A DNA stretch of 64,000 nucleotides from a virus. The DNA is taken from positions 91,914 to 155,913 of the IMG/VR virus record IMGVR_UViG_3300035670_000022. The stretch is one strand, 5' to 3'. Shown here in pieces: positions 1-7,717 of the stretch (the first letter of the stretch is position 1; every line of letters starts with the position of its first letter). The position numbers and the translations under genes were made by a program. The notes beneath the pieces were generated by a model. That model made no database searches. It saw nothing but the letters and a program-made list of their open reading frames with translations, and had not been told where the DNA came from.

Positions 1-1
1 G

Positions 2-30
2 CCCCTATACAGGGGGTTCCTGTATAGGGG
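2..30. terminator. GC-rich stem-loop, likely terminator of the minus-strand kinase gene
   Basis: CCCCTATACAGG (2-13) / CCTGTATAGGGG (19-30), 12-bp perfect stem with 5-nt loop, 15 nt past the kinase stop; any U-tract would lie outside the window. Confidence 0.55.
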
Positions 31-45
31 GACGTGTTAGGTGGG

Positions 46-624
46 CTACATTAGTAGCTTCTTAGCTATAGCCCACTTCTGGGCAGATACCTGCCCTTCG
101 AATGAGCGCAGTAGGAGCGCCCAATCGTGTTTTACCCGCTTTTCCCACATGTTAGGTGGGAGGTGGTGCCCCTCCTCCGCAAAGGAGAGGTCTATCAGTC
201 GTGCCCCTTCGGGCCAGACCAATATGTTGTTCGCATGGCTATCGCCATGCGTCCAACCGTGGGCATGTAGCCCACTTAGGGCTGCACAGGCGTGCAGTAA
301 GAGCACGCCAAAGGTATACGGGGAGGTTCCCGTAGAGGTAGCAACCTCTAGCAAGGTGCGCCCCCGCACCTTCTCGAGCACCAGCCGTGTGCGGCTGGAG
401 TCTGGGTGCATCTTTGGGATGATGCTTCCCTGAAGAGGGTGGAGTACTCCATATATGAGATACTCCTCTTGGAGTTCATCCTCTGCCCAGCTATCCCCGG
501 GCTTAGCGTTTTTAACCACCCATCCCCGGGTGGTAGATTCGGTCACGAGACCGAATCGCCCCGACCCAATGAGGGGGGTAGTAGCGGTAGTAGCGGTAGT
601 AGCGGTAGTAGCGGTAGTAGTCAT
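46..624 (-). CDS. Minimal protein kinase-like enzyme (Ser/Thr kinase, Bud32/RIO/Kdo-like fold)
   Basis: Gly loop IGSGRFGLV, VVK lysine, catalytic loop HGDSHANNILV, DFG-like LIDLS. Start placed at ATG 624 (MTTTATT...); the ORF track extends to 648. Confidence 0.8.
   Translation of the reverse strand: MTTTATTATTATTATTPLIGSGRFGLVTESTTRGWVVKNAKPGDSWAEDELQEEYLIYGVLHPLQGSIIPKMHPDSSRTRLVLEKVRGRTLLEVATSTGTSPYTFGVLLLHACAALSGLHAHGWTHGDSHANNILVWPEGARLIDLSFAEEGHHLPPNMWEKRVKHDWALLLRSFEGQVSAQKWAIAKKLLM
577..620. repeat. 9-bp tandem repeat (GGTAGTAGC) x ~5 encoding Thr-Thr-Ala repeats at the kinase N-terminus
   Basis: Directly visible, in-frame unit. Confidence 0.95.
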
Positions 625-672
625 TTGATATGCACTGTCACAGGGCATGGATTAGCTCGGCTGTGATGGCAT

Positions 673-705
673 AAAAAAGGCCCCCTAGAAGGGGGCTATA
701 TTTTT
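673..705 (-). terminator. Rho-independent terminator (possibly bidirectional)
   Basis: AAAAAA-G-GCCCCC-TAGAA-GGGGGC-TATATTTTT immediately downstream of the minus-strand ORF ending at 704. Confidence 0.75.
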
Positions 706-1105
706 ATTCAGAATAGGGTTTGATACTTGGCTTACTCTGTTCTTCGTAATAGAGCTCAGCCATTGCCTCGGCGAGGCGCTTGTTATATGCGTCCTCGAGC
801 CAAGTAGACATCTCTACGTAGAGGTAGTAGATGTCAGAATCCTTCCGGATTCTGTCTTCAGAAGGAAAGGTTCCTTCAATGTAGCGATGAGCGAAATACG
901 CCATAGCTTCTTTGGTCCGAAGCGTGTTATAGTCGTCGGCGTTTAAGTCCACAAGGGACTTCTTGCCCCAGACTATATAGGCGAGGCCATGGTCACCGCC
1001 ATCATGGCGGTCATATCCGGTGCCTTTGTTGGCACCTATTTGTTGGGAGAAGTGTCCCAACATTTCGGACCAAACTAAACGGGCGATGGATTTGAAGTTA
1101 AACAT
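704..1105 (-). CDS. Hypothetical protein
   Basis: ORF 704..1141; likely start ATG 1105 (MFNFK), preceded by GGAG 6 nt upstream. Confidence 0.6.
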   Translation of the reverse strand: MFNFKSIARLVWSEMLGHFSQQIGANKGTGYDRHDGGDHGLAYIVWGKKSLVDLNADDYNTLRTKEAMAYFAHRYIEGTFPSEDRIRKDSDIYYLYVEMSTWLEDAYNKRLAEAMAELYYEEQSKPSIKPYSE

Positions 1106-1141
1106 TAGGAACTCCGGGGTGTGAAAGGTAATTAGCCCCAT

Positions 1142-1177
1142 AAAAGGGGGCCCCTACACTGATTAGGTGTAGGGGCC
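1142..1177 (-). terminator. GC-rich stem-loop with A-tract (minus-strand terminator-like)
   Basis: GGCCCCTACAC-TGATTAG-GTGTAGGGGCC (1149-1177), with AAAA on its left. Confidence 0.6.
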
Positions 1178-1310
1178 AAAGAGAAGATGAAGTCTTGCGG
1201 ATTTATTGCAAAAACGGGTTCTGCATATGGGCAAGACTGTTATATGACCCTCTTAAAAATCGCGGCATATTTTCATTTCCTATACGCCCATTAGTACAAA
1301 ATGTAGTAAT

Positions 1311-1450
1311 TGACCAACCAATCGACCAGTGACCAACCAATCGACCAGTGACCAACCAACCAATCGACCAGTGACCAACCAACCAACCAACCAATCGACC
1401 AACCAATCGACCAACCAATCGACCAGTAACCAACTTAGCCAATTAACCAA
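1311..1450. repeat. Non-coding tandem array of GACCAACCAATCGACCAGT-type units with variable numbers of CCAA tetramers
   Basis: About six ACCAATCGACCA cores separated by GTG/CCAA runs; strongly C/A-biased on the + strand; no unique spacers. Confidence 0.9.
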
Positions 1451-1467
1451 TACGTATACAGTCAAAC

Positions 1468-1498
1468 AAAAAGCTCTTTCTAGGCGCCTAGAAAGAGC
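1468..1498. promoter_or_regulatory. Perfect 26-bp palindrome next to the repeat array (minus-strand terminator or protein-binding site)
   Basis: GCTCTTTCTAGGC|GCCTAGAAAGAGC (1473-1498), preceded by AAAAA. Confidence 0.65.
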
Positions 1499-1546
1499 AG
1501 TAATCACCAAGCTATAATGACCGTGTAATTTATTCACCTTTGAAGT

Positions 1547-2338
1547 ATGACACAGTTGACTGTCCCGCAAACTTCTTTGTCTTATGAAGAGTTAAACGCT
1601 TTACTCCGCTTAGAGTTGAAAAAATCAGACAGTGGCTATCTATGTACGGTTAGGGGTCTAGCTCGATTATTAGGGCTTAGTGTTTCTACTATCGTAGATT
1701 CTAGGAAACAGCAGAATGGTATACCAAGGGGTGTGCTCCGCCGTTTGTTTGAGTGTTCGCCTAGCATTTTGCCAGAATCGCTACAACCTATATCAGGCTT
1801 TGATTACAGGAGTTCTGCGTTGTTAGGTAAGGCGAACACTCACACATATCTGTTACCTGAAGTTGTTGTTTCAGGTGTAATCAAGTTTTATGCGTATGAT
1901 GCGCGTAAGCCAATTCAGCGAGCTAAGCAACTTGATTATATGCTGAGCGCTATAGGTATAAGAGCGTTGTTTGATAGAGTTATGTCTTCTGAGTCGTCTT
2001 CTTTTGCTGTAGCGGCATTAGAGGTGACTTCTCCTGCTACTGAGGATACGCCGTGTGACAAGTTACTTTATCTCATACAGAAGCTAGAGTCTTTAAGATT
2101 TAGGCGAGAAGAGATTGTTTCCATATTTCGTACGAATGGAGTCGTTCAGCAGGAGTCTGGAGGTAATAGTTCCTATCGTGGTGTAGTGCCACATAAGAAG
2201 AAGTGGCGGGCGCAAATTAATGTTAATGGTGCTACTAGAGTCATTGGTGGCTATGATACCGAAGAAGAGGCAGCTAGGGCATATGATGCATATGCTAAGG
2301 TTTTGTACGGTTCTGCTGCAAAGTTGAATTTTTGTTGA
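1547..2338 (+). CDS. DNA-binding protein: N-terminal antirepressor/KilA-like region plus C-terminal AP2 domain
   Basis: C-terminal SSYRGV..KKKWRAQI.VNG....IG.YDTEEEAARAYD..A..LYG..AKLNF is the AP2/ERF signature. N-terminal TVRGLARLLG (HTH-like) and VIKFYAYDA...AIGIRA resemble cyanobacterial phage-type DNA-binding domains. No HNH motif seen. Confidence 0.85.
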   Translation: MTQLTVPQTSLSYEELNALLRLELKKSDSGYLCTVRGLARLLGLSVSTIVDSRKQQNGIPRGVLRRLFECSPSILPESLQPISGFDYRSSALLGKANTHTYLLPEVVVSGVIKFYAYDARKPIQRAKQLDYMLSAIGIRALFDRVMSSESSSFAVAALEVTSPATEDTPCDKLLYLIQKLESLRFRREEIVSIFRTNGVVQQESGGNSSYRGVVPHKKKWRAQINVNGATRVIGGYDTEEEAARAYDAYAKVLYGSAAKLNFC

Positions 2339-2361
2339 TATCTGTTTATTGATTGTTGGTT

Positions 2362-2397
2362 AGACTTTTACACATCTATGTGTAGAAGTCTTTTTTT
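2362..2397 (+). terminator. Rho-independent terminator
   Basis: AGACTTTTACACA-TCTA-TGTGTAGAAGTCT followed by a T-run, after the AP2 gene. Confidence 0.8.
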
Positions 2398-2411
2398 CTT
2401 TGTTTTGCGGC

Positions 2412-2458
2412 TGTACTCTTCTCTGTTTTTGTTCTGTGCCGTTGTAAGCTAGGTGTAG
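2412..2458 (+). promoter_or_regulatory. Candidate promoter region of the Dps operon
   Basis: TGTACTCTTCTCTGTTTT (identical at 24225-24242) and TGTAAGCTAGGTGTAG (near-identical at 19734-19750). Confidence 0.5.
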
Positions 2459-2479
2459 TATTCTTTCTTTTTTCCGACT

Positions 2480-2914
2480 ATGGACGAACAGTTATATAAG
2501 GGTTTATCGACTGTGCTTTGTTCTTTGCAGGTATATCGGATTAAGTTGTTAGGGTTTCACTGGAATTGTAGGGGGGACTCATTTTACGCCACGCATTTGT
2601 TAATGGAGAGGGCGTATGAAGCGGTGGATGGATTCATTGACCGTTTAGCGGAGTGTCTTCGTAAGTTTGGAGTAGTTCCTGCGGCGTTATCTGTGTATGC
2701 GTCATGTAGTGTTATCAAGGATGAGTTGAGTGTGCCGTCTATTCCTAGCATGTTAGTTATGGCTTCGGAGGATGGGGCAGTTTTATTTGAGTTAGCGCAG
2801 AGTATTATCAGTGTTGCTTCGCAGTCTAAACAGGAGGGTGTTGTTAACTTATTAGGAGACTTATGTGAGACGTTAGATACAGTGGTATATCTATTGAAGA
2901 GTGGGACGCTTTAG
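2480..2914 (+). CDS. dps: Dps / ferritin-like DNA protection protein
   Basis: FHWNCRGDSFYATHLLMERAYE...IDRLAE matches the Dps HWN..G..F...H...E..Y......D..AE ferroxidase signature; 144 aa. Confidence 0.85.
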   Translation: MDEQLYKGLSTVLCSLQVYRIKLLGFHWNCRGDSFYATHLLMERAYEAVDGFIDRLAECLRKFGVVPAALSVYASCSVIKDELSVPSIPSMLVMASEDGAVLFELAQSIISVASQSKQEGVVNLLGDLCETLDTVVYLLKSGTL

Positions 2915-2917
2915 GTT

Positions 2918-4063
2918 ATGGCGGAGTATGACTTTATAGATCCGAAGCACCCTAAGCTTGAGGATACGATGATCTGGGCGGAGATCTTGCCGTTTGATGT
3001 TATTCCGCAGATTGGTTATCTTAACGCCAAGTTTTATTCGGATCAGCAGTCTGCTGTTTATTACGATAGGAATAATGTTAATAGTTCTGTGGGGGGTGGG
3101 GTGTTGCGCACCCACAACAACTATTACATGACTTTAGCGGATTTACCGCTTAAGCTCCGAGCACGGGAGACGTTGGCGGATATGGAGATCTATATAGATA
3201 CACACACGTATGTTACAGGTACGCCGAGCATAACGAAATTTAGCACTGGTAAGGCTAGTCCTCCAATGGGGAACGGTTCGAGGTTAGAGCGATCTACATC
3301 TGTGCATGTATTTAAGGACATTCCGATACCCAAACCCAGCAATATGATTTGGGATGGCAGATTGCCATTTGCCATTAATACAGGAAGTATAGGAACGTCT
3401 TTAGCGTCTTCTATAGGTTCAGTGATTTTAGGGGGAGTTGGGGGTGCGTTAGGATCTGTTGCTGGGTCTTTATTTTCTGGGAGTATGGTGGAGGCTATTC
3501 GAAAGAAAGCGCGGGATGCGTTGGAGTCACCAAATCAAACGCCGTTTATCATATCTCACATAGGCGGGCTAGGGCATACAACTAAAGCGCCGGCTTTGAA
3601 CAGGAATTATGACGAGTATGACAGAATCATGCGGAAGTGGTTAGAAGAGACTTACAACGGCTCTGGGATTCCTGCGTTGCCAGGTTTAGGGAGTATTTTA
3701 CCAAGTGCTATTATGCAGATCCCTTTTTTAGACACTGATATTTTGTCTGGCACAGGATTTGTGGAGAAAGTGTTTTCCGGTGTTGCTGCAATTACGGACG
3801 GTCCGTATTTTACGGGGTGGAGTAATTTGAGTGTCTTTAAGGAGCTAGGCGAAGAGGTTCTTGACGGAGGATTAGATGCTATTACAAATCCTATTTATGA
3901 AGTATTAAAGACAGGGTTAGAGGATTATACGTATAATCTGATTTCAGAGGTAGTGCCTCCTGTTGTTGGCGACCAGATACAGAAAGTTATTTCTCCTGGT
4001 ATTGACACGGTGCTCGATTATGCACAAACCGGCACAGACATTATAGAGGGTCTATTTAAATGA
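2918..4063 (+). CDS. Hypothetical protein, probably virion/baseplate-associated
   Basis: 381-aa ORF with a Gly/Ser-rich hydrophobic segment; overlaps the PAAR-like gene start. Confidence 0.55.
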   Translation: MAEYDFIDPKHPKLEDTMIWAEILPFDVIPQIGYLNAKFYSDQQSAVYYDRNNVNSSVGGGVLRTHNNYYMTLADLPLKLRARETLADMEIYIDTHTYVTGTPSITKFSTGKASPPMGNGSRLERSTSVHVFKDIPIPKPSNMIWDGRLPFAINTGSIGTSLASSIGSVILGGVGGALGSVAGSLFSGSMVEAIRKKARDALESPNQTPFIISHIGGLGHTTKAPALNRNYDEYDRIMRKWLEETYNGSGIPALPGLGSILPSAIMQIPFLDTDILSGTGFVEKVFSGVAAITDGPYFTGWSNLSVFKELGEEVLDGGLDAITNPIYEVLKTGLEDYTYNLISEVVPPVVGDQIQKVISPGIDTVLDYAQTGTDIIEGLFK

Positions 4064-4533
4064 GTTTACCTGTTGCTCAATTACACGATCGAATTACTAA
4101 TTGGAGACATTCAAGTCTTAACGCGTCAGGCTACTCACTTCCCGGATCTTTTGGCAGTGCTATTGCTGGTAGTTTAGGGGGTTTAGGGGGTGTTGTCAGT
4201 GCTGCTTCTGGTTTATTAGGTTCTGTTGCTCCTATTGCTTCTAGTGCTTTAGGGGCAGCCGGTAGTTTATTAGGATCTGGGTCTTCTAATAAAGACAAGC
4301 CGATTACGGGTTTAGGCATTATTATCTCTTGTCAGGCTGCTAACTTTTTGGTTAATGGTCGTCCTGTTGCGACGGTAGGAGATATAGGAGTTTCTACAGG
4401 GCAAGTCTTTTTAGTTACAGGTAGTCATTCTTTCTTTGTTAACGGTAAACCGCTGCATCGGGTTTTGGATGCGAATAGTAGCGGGGGTATAACTTTAGGA
4501 CCTGGGGCTGCAAACTTTTTAGTAGGTAATTAG
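4060..4533 (+). CDS. PAAR-like spike tip protein with Gly/Ser/Ala-rich insert
   Basis: Repeats LPVAQLHD, FLVNGRPVATVGD, GSHSFFVNGKPLHRVLD and terminal GAANFLVG. Confidence 0.75.
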   Translation: MSLPVAQLHDRITNWRHSSLNASGYSLPGSFGSAIAGSLGGLGGVVSAASGLLGSVAPIASSALGAAGSLLGSGSSNKDKPITGLGIIISCQAANFLVNGRPVATVGDIGVSTGQVFLVTGSHSFFVNGKPLHRVLDANSSGGITLGPGAANFLVGN

Positions 4534-4536
4534 GAA

Positions 4537-4992
4537 ATGTCTTTTTTCAAAACTCTGTTCTTTCTATTTCGTATTTTGTCACGCATACGTTTCAATGAAA
4601 CAGCCTGTATAGTTCCTTTATCTGCTGAGATGACTCTAATATTTGACTCGAGTGGTTCTATTCGGTTAGATATGACAGGAGACTTGAGGGTCAATGCTAA
4701 TTGCTTTTATTTTAATTGTGAAGATAGGGAGGTAGATTCTTCTAATGGCGAAGAAACAACTACGAATCAGTCAAGAGGTACACTCGCAACTTTGTCAGGC
4801 GGCAGAGAAGAATCAAATGCCGGTCGAGACCTTCTTGGAGTATCTTATCGAGTTCCACGACTTGAAGCATCTGGACAGTTTTATCCGACAGATACGCAAC
4901 AAGCAAGCGAACTACGAGTTATCTCCAGCAATGATGTCGCAACTTACGATTCTCAACACGTTCCTCACCACCAGACTGCGCCTTTAAGCTAA
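4537..4992 (+). CDS. Hypothetical protein (N-terminal half beta-strand-rich, spike-like; C-terminal half overlaps the RHH gene)
   Basis: ATG 3 nt after the PAAR stop; GSIRLDMTGDLRVNANCFYFNC resembles a spike beta-strand end. Confidence 0.4.
   Translation: MSFFKTLFFLFRILSRIRFNETACIVPLSAEMTLIFDSSGSIRLDMTGDLRVNANCFYFNCEDREVDSSNGEETTTNQSRGTLATLSGGREESNAGRDLLGVSYRVPRLEASGQFYPTDTQQASELRVISSNDVATYDSQHVPHHQTAPLS
4745..4987 (+). CDS. Ribbon-helix-helix (CopG/Arc-like) DNA-binding protein
   Basis: MAKKQLRISQEVHSQLCQAAEKNQMPVETFLEYLI fits the RHH pattern; GGGAGG upstream. Confidence 0.65.
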   Translation: MAKKQLRISQEVHSQLCQAAEKNQMPVETFLEYLIEFHDLKHLDSFIRQIRNKQANYELSPAMMSQLTILNTFLTTRLRL

Positions 4993-6201
4993 ACTCATTT
5001 CGATGGTTAGCTTGTGCTGTGCAGGTTGTTTGTTTCGAGTGAGTTTTACTTGTCCTAATTTATGGCTTGAGTGGATAGACGGGTGTCTGGAACTTTCTTT
5101 AGCGGATATGCAGATCTTGTCTTCGTTTAGTCCCCAAACGTACTCTGTTCCGAATCCTTCTATCTTGTGAGTTATTAGTGGATGGTAGCAGCAACTTTTT
5201 AGCCCTTCGACTATTCCGTCTCGCCCGACGTCTAATACCATCTCTGCGATGTTGCCGTCTTCTATGTGTTTGTAAAAGATAAGCGTATCGCTTTTTGTTG
5301 TCTCAAGGTCGAAGATATCTTCCTCGTCGATGTGTATATACCCGTCAGCGTTGAGTGCTTCTAAGGCTGTGCTTATTCTACGGTTTTCCACAGTAGGGAA
5401 CGTTACTAAATTTGGAAGTAATTCTCTAGCAGCTACCCAGATATCCTCTGTTATCTTCAAATAGATTTCGTGGTTGCTTTGTGCCTGATACGTGTAGCTG
5501 TTTGGGTCATTGAAAATGTGTTGTGTTTTAGGGTTACTCTGTAACGACTTGGGTAAGATATATACCTCTGGGTTTTTTGTTGTTAAGGGTAATCTAAGAA
5601 TCGACTCTTTGTCTCTGATGACCTTTTTGTTGTTGATCTCTTTTGATAGGCTGATCAGGTACTCTGTATACTTTTGCGGGTTCGGTTTCTTATTGATGAT
5701 GACTTTTATTAGAACCGGACTCTTCTCTCCGACAAACTGTATATAGATAATGCTGCCATGAGGAGAGTTTTCTAAGAAGGTTACGTCTTGTTCGTTAAAC
5801 CCGAAGTAGTGACTTTTCACTCCGTTGATACGAATCGGACGGCAGATGTCTTTGTAAACCTCATGCATATCTACATCTAAGATGCTGTAATAGGTGTTTG
5901 GACGATATCCGAAGTATGCTAGGTCGTACAGCTCTCTATTAAAGTTTTCGATTGATCCGACGGAGCCTATCCCCCGGAGCACGTCAAAGTCATAATTATA
6001 ATCAGGGTTAAAAGAACCTGCGGTTATATTCTTGTCTAGAAGCAAGCTGCTAATAGTGTACGGTTTAAGAATAAAGACGGGACCGCCGAACATACACGTT
6101 TCGATAACGTCTCTTTCTCGAATGTATGACGCGACAATTTCTGTGCCTCCCATCTCCTGTAATACAAAATCGCACTTTGTCTGTAGTTGTGTTGGGATCA
6201 T
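4984..6201 (-). CDS. Hypothetical protein
   Basis: 405-aa ORF at the distal end of the minus-strand cluster. Confidence 0.6.
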   Translation of the reverse strand: MIPTQLQTKCDFVLQEMGGTEIVASYIRERDVIETCMFGGPVFILKPYTISSLLLDKNITAGSFNPDYNYDFDVLRGIGSVGSIENFNRELYDLAYFGYRPNTYYSILDVDMHEVYKDICRPIRINGVKSHYFGFNEQDVTFLENSPHGSIIYIQFVGEKSPVLIKVIINKKPNPQKYTEYLISLSKEINNKKVIRDKESILRLPLTTKNPEVYILPKSLQSNPKTQHIFNDPNSYTYQAQSNHEIYLKITEDIWVAARELLPNLVTFPTVENRRISTALEALNADGYIHIDEEDIFDLETTKSDTLIFYKHIEDGNIAEMVLDVGRDGIVEGLKSCCYHPLITHKIEGFGTEYVWGLNEDKICISAKESSRHPSIHSSHKLGQVKLTRNKQPAQHKLTIEMSLA

Positions 6202-6306
6202 GGCACACCCTTCTGGTTGAATGAACTTTGTCTTATTGTTAGGGCACTATTGGATCTGTAGGAGACGTAGGTAAAGCACCTCCGCTTTGAGGAAGAATAG
6301 AACCCG

Positions 6307-7179
6307 CTATCGATTTTTTGGTAGAGTAACTGGAGGCGGTAGGGAAGTAGGAGGTGTAGGTGGTTCTTCTTTTTTCCCAACTGGCGGTGCTGGTAGAGAT
6401 GGCGTTGTAGTCGGCTCTTCTTTTTTTCCTACTGGAGGTGCAGGAATGTTATCTACTCTATCTTGAACTGTAGTCGGGATATCTGTGCTTGGCGATTCTC
6501 CTCTTTTGGCTCCGTCAGATCTGAATTGAGTGCTGTCTACCGGCGGTTTTTGATGTGGGTACACTGTTGTTAAAACGTCAAGGGTGTAATAGGCTCTATC
6601 TGCTCGTACGGTATAAAATTTAAAGCCAACTACTACCCCTTCATAGGTATAACTTACGTCGGATGTTAAGGTCATTGTGATTGGTCTTCCCGATTGCACC
6701 ACTTTTCTATCGAAGAGTTTTGCTTTCATGAACGCGTTGTCTGTATCGTTGTAGGGTGGGTTAGCCATCCCGTCTAGCCTGTATACATGATTTAGAGAAG
6801 CGCGCTTAGCTAAGACAGCAATATTTTCGCTTCCGATAAATGCACCGACAAACTGGTGCATCGTGCTTTGAACACCAATTGTTTGAATAACAGGTGTAGA
6901 ACCGGGCACCAGGAAGTTTTTATACTTCATGTTTGTCATCGTTACGACCCCAGGCTTAACTTCAGGTACCCCGTTTTGGCCACGATTTGATGTCGCTTCT
7001 ATGGCCGGTAAGAGTGCAAAGTTGAAATAGTTATCTTTTTCTGTCTCGTTATCTATATATTTAATGACAAAGACGTTTTCCCTAGACTGGTTTAAAGTCT
7101 TGTCATCTAGCGGCGTCATCTGCTCCTTATTCAATATGGTCACTACTTGGCTGCGTCCCAAGTCTTCGAATATAGACAT
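6307..7179 (-). CDS. Putative tail-tube initiator (P2 gpU/Mu gp43-like) with Pro-rich C-terminal duplication
   Basis: PGSTPVIQTIG...FVGAF and YEGVVVGFKF...YYTLDV pattern; PAPPVGKKEEP occurs twice; lies downstream of the giant gene. Confidence 0.45.
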   Translation of the reverse strand: MSIFEDLGRSQVVTILNKEQMTPLDDKTLNQSRENVFVIKYIDNETEKDNYFNFALLPAIEATSNRGQNGVPEVKPGVVTMTNMKYKNFLVPGSTPVIQTIGVQSTMHQFVGAFIGSENIAVLAKRASLNHVYRLDGMANPPYNDTDNAFMKAKLFDRKVVQSGRPITMTLTSDVSYTYEGVVVGFKFYTVRADRAYYTLDVLTTVYPHQKPPVDSTQFRSDGAKRGESPSTDIPTTVQDRVDNIPAPPVGKKEEPTTTPSLPAPPVGKKEEPPTPPTSLPPPVTLPKNR

Positions 7180-7180
7180 C

Positions 7181-7717
7181 TTAAGCCTCGATGATTAGCT
7201 TGAAAGTTTGTTCAACGTCTTCTTGCACTTCTATAGGAGAGAAGTTCTCGTAATAGAGTGGAATCGCATTTATGTCTGATGGTAGATAAGAAGCGTAACA
7301 ACGACTCTTTATGCTTTCTATATCAACTACCGAGTGAATGATAAACACTCCTAACGAGCGAAATGCCGGTTCTGGTATCTGGTTGTGAGGCAGTTTTACT
7401 TCTAAGTAAAGTTTGCTTATTTGCTCTCGTCTTATATCAAGTATGGTCGGGTCATCCATCAAAAGAATATGTTTGCCGTCAATAACAACAGTGTCTTGGG
7501 TAGCACTTGACTTTTGAATTGCTGCTTTTCTGATCGGTATAGGAAAATAGATAAATATCTCGTTTAAGTTAAAGGTAAAAAGATCCGGCGCGGGGGGAAC
7601 TGCTTCTATGCTCCAGGGGCTGGTCTGTCCTAGTCCTAAGAGTAGCGGAAAGCAAGGGTCCAAAAATCTCTGGAGCCGTCTGTAATTAATTTCCTTAGGA
7701 TAGCCTTTGGTTGTCAT
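7181..7717 (-). CDS. Putative baseplate wedge/fibre-attachment protein
   Basis: LGLGQTSPW...PPAP...LNEIFIY, FRSLGVF and LYYENFSPI resemble myophage baseplate proteins; 1-nt overlap with the giant gene stop. Confidence 0.5.
   Translation of the reverse strand: MTTKGYPKEINYRRLQRFLDPCFPLLLGLGQTSPWSIEAVPPAPDLFTFNLNEIFIYFPIPIRKAAIQKSSATQDTVVIDGKHILLMDDPTILDIRREQISKLYLEVKLPHNQIPEPAFRSLGVFIIHSVVDIESIKSRCYASYLPSDINAIPLYYENFSPIEVQEDVEQTFKLIIEA

Noticed and set aside
41-666. Plus-strand ORFs 41..433 and 406..666
   Set aside because: Antisense shadows of the kinase gene, which carries the conserved motifs; the GSS run is the repeat read on the other strand.
1311-1450. Repeat array as a CRISPR array
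   Set aside because: Units are contiguous with no unique spacers, unit length varies by CCAA slippage, and no cas genes are present.
1203-1570. ORFs 1203..1442, 1280..1570 and 1329..1517
   Set aside because: Low-complexity translations of the tandem repeat (LVGR/LVDW/TNQ), open only because the repeat lacks stops.
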